64,000 nt of DNA from Porphyromonas cangingivalis (GCA_945902955.1 CAMDNO010000002.1:23214-87213), one strand, 5' to 3'. Numbered from the stretch's first letter, positions 19,707-30,898 are shown. Notes: generated from the letters alone by a model not told the origin. Translations and numbers: made by a program.

Positions 19707-22700
19707 ATGAAAACTTTCATTACAACTTTACCTGCAAAATTGATTAAGTTCACTTATAAATACCTTTTGGTATTCATTAGCTTAATTACTACAACTTTGT
19801 TTTCACAAAGTTTTAATTATCAAACAAATACAGGCAGTCTGGGTGTTACTTACAGTTGGATTGATTGCTCGGCCGGTACCGATATTGTATCGGGCGACGA
19901 TGATCAAGCTACTATTGCTTGGCCATTTAATTTTCGTTTTTACAACAACATTTACACCACAGCCAATAGCTTAAGCGTTGCTACCAATGGTTTTATACGT
20001 TTAGATAGCCTTGCTTCCACAAACTTTGCAAGCGCTCAAACTTACACTCTTGGTAGCTCAAGCACCGAGCTTGGTCAGATTATTGCTCTGGGCGTGCAGG
20101 ATGCCAATATTGGAAATGGTGGCGGCTGGGTGCGCTCACTTACTACTGGCGTTAGTCCAAATCGTATTTTTACAATCGAATATAACAATATCGAAATATT
20201 TCCGAATGAAGAATTATACGCCGATTTACAAGTTAGTTTTTACGAAACTACGAATAAAATGGTGCTTAAACTTGGAGCTACTTCTACAATTACAGAATCA
20301 GGTGCCGATATAGGTTTGCATAGCGGTGTGAGTGGTTATTTTAACAAATGGCAAGAAATTGTATCGGGAACAAAAGATGCCTGGATAGAATATTCATTAC
20401 TACCCGTAGAAGTAAATGCAACAGGTGGAACTGCTGTAAATTTTTACAGTACAGTTAAAGGTGCTTTTGATGCCATAAATGCGGGTACACACACCGGAAC
20501 GTTAACAGTAAAATTGAGTGGGAATACCACCGAGACAGCTTCGGCTGTTTTAAATGCAAGTGGCACTGGATCGGCTAATTATTCGAGCTTGGTGATGTAC
20601 CCTACGCAATCCGGCTTAACAGTGAGTGGCGCTATCAGTGGTAATTTAATCCAACTCAACGGCGCCGACAACGTTACCATAGATGGGAGAGTTAACCAAA
20701 GTGGAGCAGCAAATTTAACCATTACAAATACTTCAACTACTACTAATGCTCGTACCATTGAAATCATAAATTCAGCCGAATCAAATACCATCGAATTTTG
20801 TAATATCAAAGGCGCTGGTACTTCAACTACGAGAGGAACAATTAATATTGCAAATTCTACTGCTGGAAATGGGAACGATGCCAACTACATACAATACAAT
20901 AATTTATCGAGCGTTTCGGCTACCGAACGTCCTATAAATCTTATTTATTCTGCGGGTGCTACCGGTTATGTAAACGACGATATTACTATACGTAATAATA
21001 ACTTTATCGATTTTCTTTCTCTAAGTACAACTTCCAATGGCATTCATGTTGCTTCATTTTCGAATGCTTATAGTATAACTGGAAATAGTTTTTATCAAAC
21101 AGCTTCATTTGTTCCAACGGCCGATGCTGAATATTCTGCTATACGAATAAATAATACTTTGGCAACCGACTTTACCATTTCGGGTAATTTTATAGGTGGT
21201 AATGCAGCTAATGGAAGTGGTATTTGGACAAAAACAAATGCATTTAACAATCGATTTAATGGTATCTATTTGAATGTTGGAAATTCGGGCAATAGCGTTC
21301 AAAATAATACTATTAAAGGTTTTGACTATGCTAATTCGGGTAACACGACTTGGTCGGGAATCTATCTTGCAGGTGGAGATGTCAGTATCGGAACTGCCAT
21401 TGGAAACAATATTGGTGAAACTACCGGAACAGGTTCTATCACATTTACGGGAGGTGCTAACAACGCTTCTATCTATGGAATTTATATAGCTACAACACAA
21501 AATATTACTATCGCCAACAATACTATAGGAAGTATAACAGTAGCAAACAGCACTTCTACAAATGCAACCAATTTTTACGGCATACACAAAACAGCTACTG
21601 CAGGCGAACTTAATATTACAAATAACGTAATCGGAAGCACAACAACTCCAAACAGTATTCAAACTACCTCTGCTGCCACAGGTAATTCGCAAATTTTATA
21701 TGGAATTTATAATTTAGGTACTAATGCAATCACCATTTCGGGAAATACGATTGCAAACTTAAACAATAAAACAACCGAAACAACTCGTGCTTCTCGTATT
21801 CGTGGTATTTTCTCGAATGCCGGAGCGAATACTATTGAAAATAATACGGTATATAAAATTGAAACCACAGGTTTAAGTGGTGGGGCTAACTATACAAATG
21901 CTGCTATTGTTGGAATTTCAGTTATAAGTAAAACGGCTGGTAATGCGCAAACCATTTCGAAAAATAAAGTTTACAATATAGAAACTACTGCCACCGGAAA
22001 AATCGAACTATATGGTATCTATTACGATGGGCCAGATGCCATAGATGCAGTAATTTCAAAAAACTTTGTTCATACTTTTGTTGTTCCAGCCTACCCTTCA
22101 GGGGATACAGGGTCATATCTTCACGGTATTTCCTTGCAAGATGGTAGTTATACGGTATATAATAATATTGTTTATTTGGGTAATAATATAAACATTGGAT
22201 GCTCCATCTGGGGAATTTGGACAGGAACTAACGACAATGCGAAAATGTACCACAATACAGTATATCTTTCGGGTGTTGCGCAAAGTGGAACTTCAAATTC
22301 GTTTGCATTCAGATCTCTAAATTGTCCAGCTACACTTGATGCTCGTAATAATATCCTTTGGGATGGTCGTACGAATTTATCAGGGTCTATTTCGCATTAT
22401 GCTGTGTATCTGAATTGTAGAACAAATGTTACCATGAATTACAACGATTTTCAATTTGCTCAACAATTTGGAATTGCTGGTGGAACCACATATAATAATT
22501 TTGCCACTTGGAAATCGGGAACCGGATTCGATGCAAATAGTTTAGATGTTGATCCTCAATTGGTAAATTTAGGTGGTATATTGCCAATAGATTATCAAAC
22601 CAAAGTACAACTTACGGGAACTACTTTGGCTGCAATACCTTCCGACTACGAGGATGTTACGCGTGTAACTCCTACTATGGGTGCTTGGGAGTTTTTTAGC

Positions 22701-25700
22701 AATCCTGTCGAAATTTGGTACAATACTGTATATCAAAATGCTTACACAACATTAAAGGGAGCTTTCGATGTGATTAATGCTGGTACTTATACGGGCGATA
22801 TGATTATAAAATTCCGTGGAAATACCACCGAAACTGCTTCGGCAGTGCTCAATGCAAGTGGTGTAGGTGCTGCAAGTTATTCGCGCATTCTTATTTATCC
22901 TACCCGAAGTGGAATAACCGTTACGGGAGATTTAGCCGCACCTTTAGTTGATTTGAATGGTGCCGATAATGTAACATTCGATGGTCGGGTAAATGGAAGT
23001 GGAGCTGCTTATGAATTTACATTTACCAATAACAATTTATCCACCACTGCCGGAACTTCTACTTTCAGGTTTCGCGAAGCGGCTGTTGGTGATACAATTA
23101 AATATTGTACTATCAAAGGGGGGGCTACCGGAGCGTCAACGGCTTTGATACTTTTACATGAGTCAACTGCTGGTACAGGTAACAACAATAATGTTATTAC
23201 TTTAAACAAAATTACGTCAATTTCGGCTGCCAACCGTCCATTAAATGCAGTTTTGTCTATTGGTTCTGTTGGTTTTCCAAATACCGGAAACAAAATAGCG
23301 TCGAACGAATTTTTCGACTTTTTCCGCAAAGAAAGTAGCTCGAATGGAGTAAATATTCAACCATACAGCTCTGCTACAACTATCTCCGGCAATAGTTTTT
23401 ACGAAACAACTTCGTTTGCGCCTACAACAGCAGCTACTTACAAAGTAATTACGGTTGAAGATAATAACAGCAACGATAATGTAATTTCGAATAATTATAT
23501 TGGCGGAAATGCTGCGGGTGCTACGGGTACTTGGACAAAAACGAATAGTAATGACAATATTTTTCAGGCAATTAATATAACTGCTGGCACTTCTACTGCA
23601 AGTAATATCGATAACAATACAATTCGAAATTTCAGTTATGCAAATTCGGCTAATGCTGCTTGGACTGGTATTCAAGTTGCTTCCGGGGCTATTAATGTAG
23701 GTAAAACTACCGGAAATACAATTGGAGCTGCAACCGGAACTGGCTCTATTACTGTTACCAATGCCACTAATGCTGGTTCTGTTTATGGTATTAATATTTC
23801 AAGTGCTGGCACTGTAAATTGTGAAAACAACATTATTGCTTCTATTACAGCAGCTAATGGGTCGGCTTTGAATGCTACAAACTTGGTGGCTATTAACAAA
23901 TCGGCTTCTGCTGGTGCTACATCAATAAGCAAAAATACGATTGGTAGCACTTCTACAGCAAATAGCATTCAAGCAACTTCAGGGTCAACGAACAATGTGC
24001 AAACTGTTTATGGCATTAATTCGGCTGGAACAGGAGCTGTTACTCTAAATGAAAATACGATTTCAAATTTAAAAAATGCAACGACAAACACAACGGTAGG
24101 AACTCGTGGTCGTATTAATGGTATTTTAATTTCGGCTGGAACTGCAAATACGGTTACAAATAATACGGTACGCGATTTAACAATTGCGAACGCCAATAAT
24201 GCTGCGACTTTCGAGATGCCTGTTGTTGGTATAAATCTAATAAATAGCATACCCAACCGTACAGTTACAAACAATACTATCTATAATTTAAGCAATACCT
24301 ACGCAAGTTTTGCTGGCTCTATTTCTGGTATTTATTACCAAGGTGCTACTTCGGGAACAAATACAGTTGATAGAAATTTTGTACACAGCCTATCCACTAC
24401 CAATGCAGCAGCCTCTTTAATTGGTATAAGTGCAGGTTCGGGCGTTACTACTTATACAAATAATATTATTTCACTAGGTAATGCTACAAATAATACTATT
24501 TATGGCTTTTATGATGTGAATGGAACTTCTCAAGCAACATATTTATACTTCAATACAATCTATATTGGTGGAGCAACTGCTGGTAACAACTCATCGTATG
24601 CCATGTTCTCGGGTAATGAAACCGGAATTCGTAACTACCGAAACAATATATTCTACAATGCTCGTTCGCGTTCAACTGGTACTGGCACACATGTGGCAAT
24701 GAATTATTCGATAGTTGGAACAACCAATCTTACTGTAAATTACAACGATTATTTAGCTACAGGTACCGGTGCACTATTGTGTAACTATGCAGGTACTCCA
24801 TATACTTCGTTGGCAGCAATACAAAGTGGAATTGGACAAGATGCAATTAGTTTAGTTCAAGATCCAACCTTTGCAGGGGCTTTGGGTTCTACTATTGCTA
24901 CCGACTATAAAGTGGGCTTAACGCTTACTGCCGAAGCTGGTACAGGAATAGGAAATGATTATGGCTTATTTTCTCGACCAGCTTTAACGCCAACTATGGG
25001 TGCTTGGGAGCGTAATGTGAACAAATGGAAAGGAACTACTTCGACCGATTGGGGCACTGCTTCGAACTGGACTGGTAACTTAGTACCTGCAACGGATGCT
25101 ACTATCGAATTTGATCCAGTACCTGTTAATCATTGTATTATGGATATCGATCGTTCGGTAATGAATATTATAAATGCTCAAAACACCTATCGAGTTGTTA
25201 CTAACGGCAAAAATCTAACAATCAAAGGTGAATTGCTTTTTACAAATGGGGCTCAAATTGATGCTTCGGCTACTTCTTCGAAAGTGATTTTTGCAGGTTC
25301 TGTTGCACAAGTTATTCCTGCTACTTCATTCTATAATAATCTTGTTTATAATTTGGAAGTTAACAATGTAAACAATGTTTCGTTGTATGGTACAATAAAA
25401 TTAATAAACACAATTAGTTCTACGGCTGGACGATTCGATGCTTATACCAATTTTACTAATTTTATTTACAGTGGTTCTGCAGCTCAAACAATCGAAAATA
25501 ATGTTTTCTTAGATAATAAAGGATACAATATGACTGTGGACAATGCAGCTGGTGTAAGTTTGAATACAGATTTTACTTTGAATAATAATCTTACTGTTAA
25601 TTCGGGTAAAAAGCTCCAAATAAATACAACTCGTACAATGACCGTGCTTGGTACTGTTTCTAATTTGGCTGGCACATCGGGCATTCTCCTCAAGGCAAGT

Positions 25701-27092
25701 TCGACGGCTGCAAACGGTTCGCTTATTTTCTTAAACAGTTTTGGTAACCCAGTAAATGCATCGGTGGAAATGTACTCCAAATCAACTTGGGACACCTCTA
25801 AACCATCAGGCAGTAAATATAATTGGCAATTCTTTGGTATTCCATTGCGTTCGCTTCCTGTGTTGCCTACATTTTATGGTGGTTACGTTCGCGAAAAAAT
25901 AGAATCGGGAACAACAACAGCAAATCATTGGCTTCAGCTAAATAACTCGTCAACGGTAATGCCATTTTATGGTTACGAATTGTGTTTCCAAACACAACGA
26001 ACAATTACTTTTACAGGCGCATTGGTAAATAGTAACTTTAGTTCAGGCATGTTGCCCAAAACCGTTGGTGCCATTTATCCCGGACAAATTTTATTTGCTA
26101 ATCCTTACACCGCTGCTATCGATATTCGCCAAATTGAATTTGGAAGCGATATGGAAGCAACTGTTTATCTTTATAATACAGGCACTTACAATGCTTGGTT
26201 AGCAAGTCCTACTAAAATTGGTGATATTCCTGGCAGTTACATTGCCATCCCCAAAAACTTAGCAGGCTATGCTGGCATTCCTCGTCAAGTGCCTTCTATG
26301 AGTTCTATGATGATAAAAGTAATTAATTCTACTGCTAATGCCTATGTTAATATGAATTATAGCTCGGTGGTTATGGGAAATACCGATTTGCAACGTGCGC
26401 CTGGTGCTAGAAAAGCCAAAGTAAGCGAAAAGGATGTTGTTTCAACTATAATATCAGTAAACGGAGTTGCTGCGGGCGATAAAGTATGGCTCTTTAGCTC
26501 AGATGATTATACACGTACTTTCGACAATGGCTTTGATGGTATTAAAATGTATCCTCCAACCGGAATGGCTCGTTTGTTTGCCTCTGAAGCCGACAACGAT
26601 TACCAAATTAATGCTGTGGATAATTTTGATAATACAGCTTTAAAATTCCGCGCTGCTACCGGAGAAACAAATTATAAACTTACTTTCAATCACAAAAATA
26701 CCCAGAAAAAATATGCCAATATCTATTTGTATGATATGATTGACGATGTAACGACCGATATTACGTTAACGGGTTCTACTTACTCGTTTACTGCTTCAAA
26801 CACTACATCAAGCGTGTTACGCTTCCGCATTATTACAACTCCTATTAATACAAATGGTGTTTCAACTACAACCGATGAGAATATATATGCTGCTGATAAT
26901 AATTTGTTTATAAATCTCTCGAAAGAAGTTGGTGCTACTGTTAAACTGACTGACATTACAGGTAAGATGGTGGCTTCAACCAAAATAGGTGCAAATGGAA
27001 TGGTTGTATTACCAATCGATAAACAAAAAGTGTATATCGTAACTGTTATATCAAAAGAGGGTACTTATTCTAAAAAAATCATGTCAAAATAG
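19707..27092 (+). CDS. very large T9SS-secreted surface protein with duplicated beta-helix-like modules (adhesin-like)
   Basis: Signal peptide; N/T/G/S-rich IxNNxI repeats; two ~765-aa homologous modules; C-terminal type A sorting domain (TDITGKMV...KVYIVTV...YSKKIMSK). Confidence 0.85.
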   Translation: MKTFITTLPAKLIKFTYKYLLVFISLITTTLFSQSFNYQTNTGSLGVTYSWIDCSAGTDIVSGDDDQATIAWPFNFRFYNNIYTTANSLSVATNGFIRLDSLASTNFASAQTYTLGSSSTELGQIIALGVQDANIGNGGGWVRSLTTGVSPNRIFTIEYNNIEIFPNEELYADLQVSFYETTNKMVLKLGATSTITESGADIGLHSGVSGYFNKWQEIVSGTKDAWIEYSLLPVEVNATGGTAVNFYSTVKGAFDAINAGTHTGTLTVKLSGNTTETASAVLNASGTGSANYSSLVMYPTQSGLTVSGAISGNLIQLNGADNVTIDGRVNQSGAANLTITNTSTTTNARTIEIINSAESNTIEFCNIKGAGTSTTRGTINIANSTAGNGNDANYIQYNNLSSVSATERPINLIYSAGATGYVNDDITIRNNNFIDFLSLSTTSNGIHVASFSNAYSITGNSFYQTASFVPTADAEYSAIRINNTLATDFTISGNFIGGNAANGSGIWTKTNAFNNRFNGIYLNVGNSGNSVQNNTIKGFDYANSGNTTWSGIYLAGGDVSIGTAIGNNIGETTGTGSITFTGGANNASIYGIYIATTQNITIANNTIGSITVANSTSTNATNFYGIHKTATAGELNITNNVIGSTTTPNSIQTTSAATGNSQILYGIYNLGTNAITISGNTIANLNNKTTETTRASRIRGIFSNAGANTIENNTVYKIETTGLSGGANYTNAAIVGISVISKTAGNAQTISKNKVYNIETTATGKIELYGIYYDGPDAIDAVISKNFVHTFVVPAYPSGDTGSYLHGISLQDGSYTVYNNIVYLGNNINIGCSIWGIWTGTNDNAKMYHNTVYLSGVAQSGTSNSFAFRSLNCPATLDARNNILWDGRTNLSGSISHYAVYLNCRTNVTMNYNDFQFAQQFGIAGGTTYNNFATWKSGTGFDANSLDVDPQLVNLGGILPIDYQTKVQLTGTTLAAIPSDYEDVTRVTPTMGAWEFFSNPVEIWYNTVYQNAYTTLKGAFDVINAGTYTGDMIIKFRGNTTETASAVLNASGVGAASYSRILIYPTRSGITVTGDLAAPLVDLNGADNVTFDGRVNGSGAAYEFTFTNNNLSTTAGTSTFRFREAAVGDTIKYCTIKGGATGASTALILLHESTAGTGNNNNVITLNKITSISAANRPLNAVLSIGSVGFPNTGNKIASNEFFDFFRKESSSNGVNIQPYSSATTISGNSFYETTSFAPTTAATYKVITVEDNNSNDNVISNNYIGGNAAGATGTWTKTNSNDNIFQAINITAGTSTASNIDNNTIRNFSYANSANAAWTGIQVASGAINVGKTTGNTIGAATGTGSITVTNATNAGSVYGINISSAGTVNCENNIIASITAANGSALNATNLVAINKSASAGATSISKNTIGSTSTANSIQATSGSTNNVQTVYGINSAGTGAVTLNENTISNLKNATTNTTVGTRGRINGILISAGTANTVTNNTVRDLTIANANNAATFEMPVVGINLINSIPNRTVTNNTIYNLSNTYASFAGSISGIYYQGATSGTNTVDRNFVHSLSTTNAAASLIGISAGSGVTTYTNNIISLGNATNNTIYGFYDVNGTSQATYLYFNTIYIGGATAGNNSSYAMFSGNETGIRNYRNNIFYNARSRSTGTGTHVAMNYSIVGTTNLTVNYNDYLATGTGALLCNYAGTPYTSLAAIQSGIGQDAISLVQDPTFAGALGSTIATDYKVGLTLTAEAGTGIGNDYGLFSRPALTPTMGAWERNVNKWKGTTSTDWGTASNWTGNLVPATDATIEFDPVPVNHCIMDIDRSVMNIINAQNTYRVVTNGKNLTIKGELLFTNGAQIDASATSSKVIFAGSVAQVIPATSFYNNLVYNLEVNNVNNVSLYGTIKLINTISSTAGRFDAYTNFTNFIYSGSAAQTIENNVFLDNKGYNMTVDNAAGVSLNTDFTLNNNLTVNSGKKLQINTTRTMTVLGTVSNLAGTSGILLKASSTAANGSLIFLNSFGNPVNASVEMYSKSTWDTSKPSGSKYNWQFFGIPLRSLPVLPTFYGGYVREKIESGTTTANHWLQLNNSSTVMPFYGYELCFQTQRTITFTGALVNSNFSSGMLPKTVGAIYPGQILFANPYTAAIDIRQIEFGSDMEATVYLYNTGTYNAWLASPTKIGDIPGSYIAIPKNLAGYAGIPRQVPSMSSMMIKVINSTANAYVNMNYSSVVMGNTDLQRAPGARKAKVSEKDVVSTIISVNGVAAGDKVWLFSSDDYTRTFDNGFDGIKMYPPTGMARLFASEADNDYQINAVDNFDNTALKFRAATGETNYKLTFNHKNTQKKYANIYLYDMIDDVTTDITLTGSTYSFTASNTTSSVLRFRIITTPINTNGVSTTTDENIYAADNNLFINLSKEVGATVKLTDITGKMVASTKIGANGMVVLPIDKQKVYIVTVISKEGTYSKKIMSK

Positions 27093-27130
27093 AGTAAATC
27101 TCAAAGCGTAAAGTTCTGAATTTTTAGTAT

Positions 27131-27173
27131 AAAAAAAACGGTAAAGTCAAAATTGACTTCACCGTTTTTTTTT
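27131..27173. terminator. bidirectional terminator
   Basis: AAAAAAAACGGTAAAGTCAA / TTGACTTCACCGTTTTTTTT. Confidence 0.8.
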
Positions 27174-27263
27174 GCATTTCGAAAATTGGGTTAAATATTA
27201 ATCAAGGCTATTCACGAGTCTTTAATATTTGCTCTTCAATCTTTGCTCTTTAATCTATCAGTT

Positions 27264-27578
27264 CTACAAAAATCCCAATTCTAATTTAGCTTCTTCGCTC
27301 ATCATTTCTTTGTCCCAAGCTGGCTCGTAAACAATATTCACCACTACATTTGTGATACCTTCTACGCTACCTGCTTTCATTTTTACATCTTCTACAATAA
27401 AATCAACTGCAGGGCAACTGGGAGCGGTAAGTGTCATGTCAATATTCAAAACACCATTTTCCTCTACATCAATCTTATAAATTAATCCTAAATCGTAAAT
27501 ATTGACAGGTATTTCAGGATCGTAAACAGTACGAAGCATGCGTACAATTTTTTCTTCAATTTCTAAAAATTCGTTCAT
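27264..27578 (-). CDS. DUF59/SufT-like Fe-S cluster assembly protein
   Basis: VYDPEIPVNIYDLGLIY, MTLTAPSCP, EPAW. Confidence 0.93.
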   Translation of the reverse strand: MNEFLEIEEKIVRMLRTVYDPEIPVNIYDLGLIYKIDVEENGVLNIDMTLTAPSCPAVDFIVEDVKMKAGSVEGITNVVVNIVYEPAWDKEMMSEEAKLELGFL

Positions 27579-27663
27579 ATTCAATTTCTTATATCTTAAT
27601 ACGTTATTTTTTATTCAATTTTATTATCTAACAAGTTAATCAATAAAATAGTTTGTTGCTATT

Positions 27664-28062
27664 TTATATTTTTAAGTCAATCAATTTATCAAATTCAGGT
27701 AAAAAAGTACCCAATTTACCATTAATAACCACCACGGCATGTACTTTAGCCTTGATAGCGAGTTTGTTATCGCTTTTGCGATAGATAGCCTGATGAAATA
27801 TGTAGCGCACGCCTTCTTTCTGCACATAAAGTTTCGAAACAAACCAATCGCCGGGCTTTAGTGGCGTTTTGTATGCAATTTCAATGCTCGATACCATAGC
27901 ATCGATTCCTCTATTGTGTAGCTCGGCAAAACTCACATCGTTTTGCTCCAAAAATTCGTGTCGCGTATGTTCTAAATAATTCTGATACACCGAATTATTG
28001 ACCACACCTTGTATGTCGCATTCGTAGTCGCGTACTTTTAGTTCTATTTCGAAAATATACAT
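27664..28062 (-). CDS. acyl-CoA thioesterase (4HBT/YbgC family)
   Basis: VRDYECDIQGVVNNSVYQNYLEHTR hotdog motif. Confidence 0.92.
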   Translation of the reverse strand: MYIFEIELKVRDYECDIQGVVNNSVYQNYLEHTRHEFLEQNDVSFAELHNRGIDAMVSSIEIAYKTPLKPGDWFVSKLYVQKEGVRYIFHQAIYRKSDNKLAIKAKVHAVVVINGKLGTFLPEFDKLIDLKI

Positions 28063-28253
28063 GGTTGCTTGTTTTTAATTTCGTGCAAAAGTAATTCATA
28101 TTGCCTAATCTCACAAAAACTTTTTATCAATACAAAAAAGTCTCATTTAATAGTAATCGAAAATATTTAAAATTGAGCACGGCATGGCGGGGTGTGGTGC
28201 GTTTAAGGTGGTACGTTTAAGACATAAGATGTTATGGGAGTAGAAGCCTGTTT

Positions 28254-29387
28254 CTATTTTGTTGTTGATATTTTTGGAATACGTAAATTCTTCGGGCTTA
28301 CAATCAGATAATTGGTTTTTTTTCCAGTGTCTTCCGATTTCAAAATTTTCTTTTCAACCAAGTCCTGTAAATCACGCAAAGCCGTATCAGTTGAACAATC
28401 AGCCAATTTTGCGTAGGTTGAAGTTCGTAAAAATCCAATTTCCTTATCGTAATTGTCGTATAAATAATTAATTGTTTTTCGTTGTCTCTCGTTTATAGAA
28501 GTAAATTTATGTATTTCCCAGAAGTGTGATTTGTCAAGTATAATCTCCAAATTTCTTTCACTTGCAAGTAACGCCCGCTCGAAACAATCTAAAAACCAGA
28601 GCAAATAAGTCGTAATGTCGCTTGTTCCTTTCTGCGTTTTTTCAATTATTTCGTTGTAGTGTTTATGTTCTTTGAAAATCTGATTAGACATACTGTAAAA
28701 CCGAATTTTACTTCCTTCACTTCGAGCTAAAAACATATCCATAATTGCTCGGGCAAGTCGTCCGTTGCCGTCATCAAAGGGGTGAATGGTAACAAACCAA
28801 AAATGCGAAATAGCAGATTTCAAAACTAAATCCATCTGATTCTTCTCATTCAGCCAATTCAGAAATATAGCCATTTCCAATGGAACTCTTTCGGGAGTCG
28901 GAGCTTCAAAATGTACTTTTTCTCGTCCAAACGCTCCAGAAACGACTTTCATTCCACCTAATCGAAAACGTCCAACATCAATTTTTATATTTCCACTGTA
29001 GCCTGACTGAAAAAGTGAGTTGTGCCAACCAAAAAGTCGTTTGTCAGTCAGTGTTTTATCATAATTTTGAGTTGCATCCAATAGAACATCAACAACGCCT
29101 TCAATATTTCGTGGTGTAGCTGCAAACTCAGCTCCTTCAATACCTAATTTTTGAGCAATGGACGAGCGAACAAGTTCAGGATTAAGAAACTCACCTTCGA
29201 TTTTAGACGTGTCAATAACGTCCAAAATTAGAGATTCCAATGTTGCGCGCTCGATTAAGTCGAAACCCAATCTTTCCATACGTCCGAGCAATCTACCTTG
29301 TAAATGTCTTACAGAGGCTAATATTGGTAAAATCTTTTCGTTATCCCAAACAAAATTGTACCAGTTTTCTCTTTCGTGTATATACAT
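28254..29387 (-). CDS. Fic family protein (DUF4172-like N-terminus, Fic domain, C-terminal HTH)
   Basis: MYIHERENW start, TSKIEGE, HPFDDGNGRLAR Fic motif, STDTALRDLQDLV HTH. Confidence 0.93.
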   Translation of the reverse strand: MYIHERENWYNFVWDNEKILPILASVRHLQGRLLGRMERLGFDLIERATLESLILDVIDTSKIEGEFLNPELVRSSIAQKLGIEGAEFAATPRNIEGVVDVLLDATQNYDKTLTDKRLFGWHNSLFQSGYSGNIKIDVGRFRLGGMKVVSGAFGREKVHFEAPTPERVPLEMAIFLNWLNEKNQMDLVLKSAISHFWFVTIHPFDDGNGRLARAIMDMFLARSEGSKIRFYSMSNQIFKEHKHYNEIIEKTQKGTSDITTYLLWFLDCFERALLASERNLEIILDKSHFWEIHKFTSINERQRKTINYLYDNYDKEIGFLRTSTYAKLADCSTDTALRDLQDLVEKKILKSEDTGKKTNYLIVSPKNLRIPKISTTK

Positions 29388-29407
29388 AATTATTTTTCAC
29401 TGCATAA

Positions 29408-29440
29408 TTTGCGGTAAAAATAGCGTTTTTTCACCGCAAA
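29408..29440. promoter_or_regulatory. inverted repeat (putative operator) upstream of the Fic gene
   Basis: TTTGCGGTAAAAA ... TTTTCACCGCAAA, about 20 bp upstream of the ATG. Confidence 0.55.
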
Positions 29441-29750
29441 AGCAAATTTTTAATCTAAAAACTGTAAAAAGTTTTACTCTTTATTTATTTTGCACTTTCG
29501 GCAGCTCGTCTTTTGTTAATAATAGAACAAGTCGCACTTAAACCTAAGTATTTTCCAAAATTAATAAAAAATTAAATTCCAGATTGAGAGCAGTTCAAAT
29601 ATCAATTAAAATTTTGCATCTAAAAATTGGAATGGAAAACCCCAAACTTTACCAAATCAGTGCAACTAAATCGCAACACCCCGTCAAGAATTCTGCTTGG
29701 CGGGATGTTTTGCGTTCGGGGTGCTGCGTTTAAGGTCTATGATGTATGCG

Positions 29751-30197
29751 TCAGGTGCTTTCATTTCTATAAGAACTTTCAGTTTTAAATTTGTTGAGAA
29801 TTCCAATTACAACAATGTTTGTTAAGAAAAAACTTTCAAATTGTACAAAAATCCTTAGAAATGAAATAAAGGAATTATATATTGTTCCGTGATCTATATA
29901 AAAATGTCCAATTCCAAATGTTATTCCAATTCCAAATCCTAATAATATGGTTGTTAAAACAGCTTTTGTTATAGTTCTTATGGTTTTAGGTACAATTACA
30001 AAATATTGAAACAAAACAATTACTATAATCCAAATAAGTATTAAAATATACTCAATTAGAAAGACTATTCCATGTGTAGAAGAATCATCTATAGGATTTA
30101 AAGGGAAGTAGTTTTCAAAAATACTATCAAATATTTTATAAACTAAATATCCTATAATCAGTGGAATTATTGTCCGAACTATTTTTATCATATTCAC
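29751..30197 (-). CDS. hypothetical membrane protein, 4 predicted TM helices
   Basis: Four hydrophobic stretches; very AT-rich; no recognised family. Confidence 0.7.
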   Translation of the reverse strand: MNMIKIVRTIIPLIIGYLVYKIFDSIFENYFPLNPIDDSSTHGIVFLIEYILILIWIIVIVLFQYFVIVPKTIRTITKAVLTTILLGFGIGITFGIGHFYIDHGTIYNSFISFLRIFVQFESFFLTNIVVIGILNKFKTESSYRNEST

Positions 30198-30247
30198 ATA
30201 GTATTAAGTCTAAAGCTAATATACTTACTTTTTGTCATTTCGTTTGA

Positions 30248-30898
30248 TTAAACTTTAATTTCAATTTTTTCTCCCAAGAACTTCGGTTTTTTGTCGAAAA
30301 TCAAATCAATAAACACTTTTACTCGTGCAAACTTTTCTCTTATTTTTGTCTTGAATCCATTGTACGCATTCACGTCTTTCGCATTAAACCCAATTGCGTT
30401 TAATTTCAAAGAGTTTGCTATGAATAAAGCTCTCTGATTGTGAAACTCTTGCGAAATAATGGTAAACTTGTCCTGTCCGAATATTTCTTTCATACGGAAA
30501 ACTGAGTCGTAAGTTCTAAAGCCAGCAAAGTCTAAATAAATTCGATTTTCAGGAATTCCATGTTTAATCAATTCGTTTTTCATGTCTTCCGGTTCGTTAT
30601 AATTCTTTTTACTATTGTCGCCACTAATGACTATGTTTTTGATTTTTCCTGCTTTGTATAGTTGAACTGTCGCTGAAATTCTGTTTCCAAAATACTGGTT
30701 TAAACTTCCACTTGTCAAAAATTTAGAAGTTCCTAAAAGTAGTCCAACATCGTTTTCTGGTATCGAATCCGTTTGAGAGTATGTTTTGTTTTCTGTCTGC
30801 TTGTTTATTATCGAATTTGCCCACAAAATGGAAATCAACGATAATACAATCAGGATAATAATTGTCGGTTTGTATATTTTTTTTAGTCTTATTTTCAT
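30248..30898 (-). CDS. sanA: SanA/YdcF (DUF218) family protein
   Basis: N-terminal TM helix, LLLGTSK, ISGDN...YNEP, DFAGFRTYDS, SQEFHNQRA, REKFARVK. Confidence 0.9.
   Translation of the reverse strand: MKIRLKKIYKPTIIILIVLSLISILWANSIINKQTENKTYSQTDSIPENDVGLLLGTSKFLTSGSLNQYFGNRISATVQLYKAGKIKNIVISGDNSKKNYNEPEDMKNELIKHGIPENRIYLDFAGFRTYDSVFRMKEIFGQDKFTIISQEFHNQRALFIANSLKLNAIGFNAKDVNAYNGFKTKIREKFARVKVFIDLIFDKKPKFLGEKIEIKV

Noticed and set aside
20011-26983. Antisense and shifted ORFs inside the giant gene, and similar short overlaps elsewhere in the ORF track
   Set aside because: Shadow ORFs of strongly supported CDSs with no recognisable motifs
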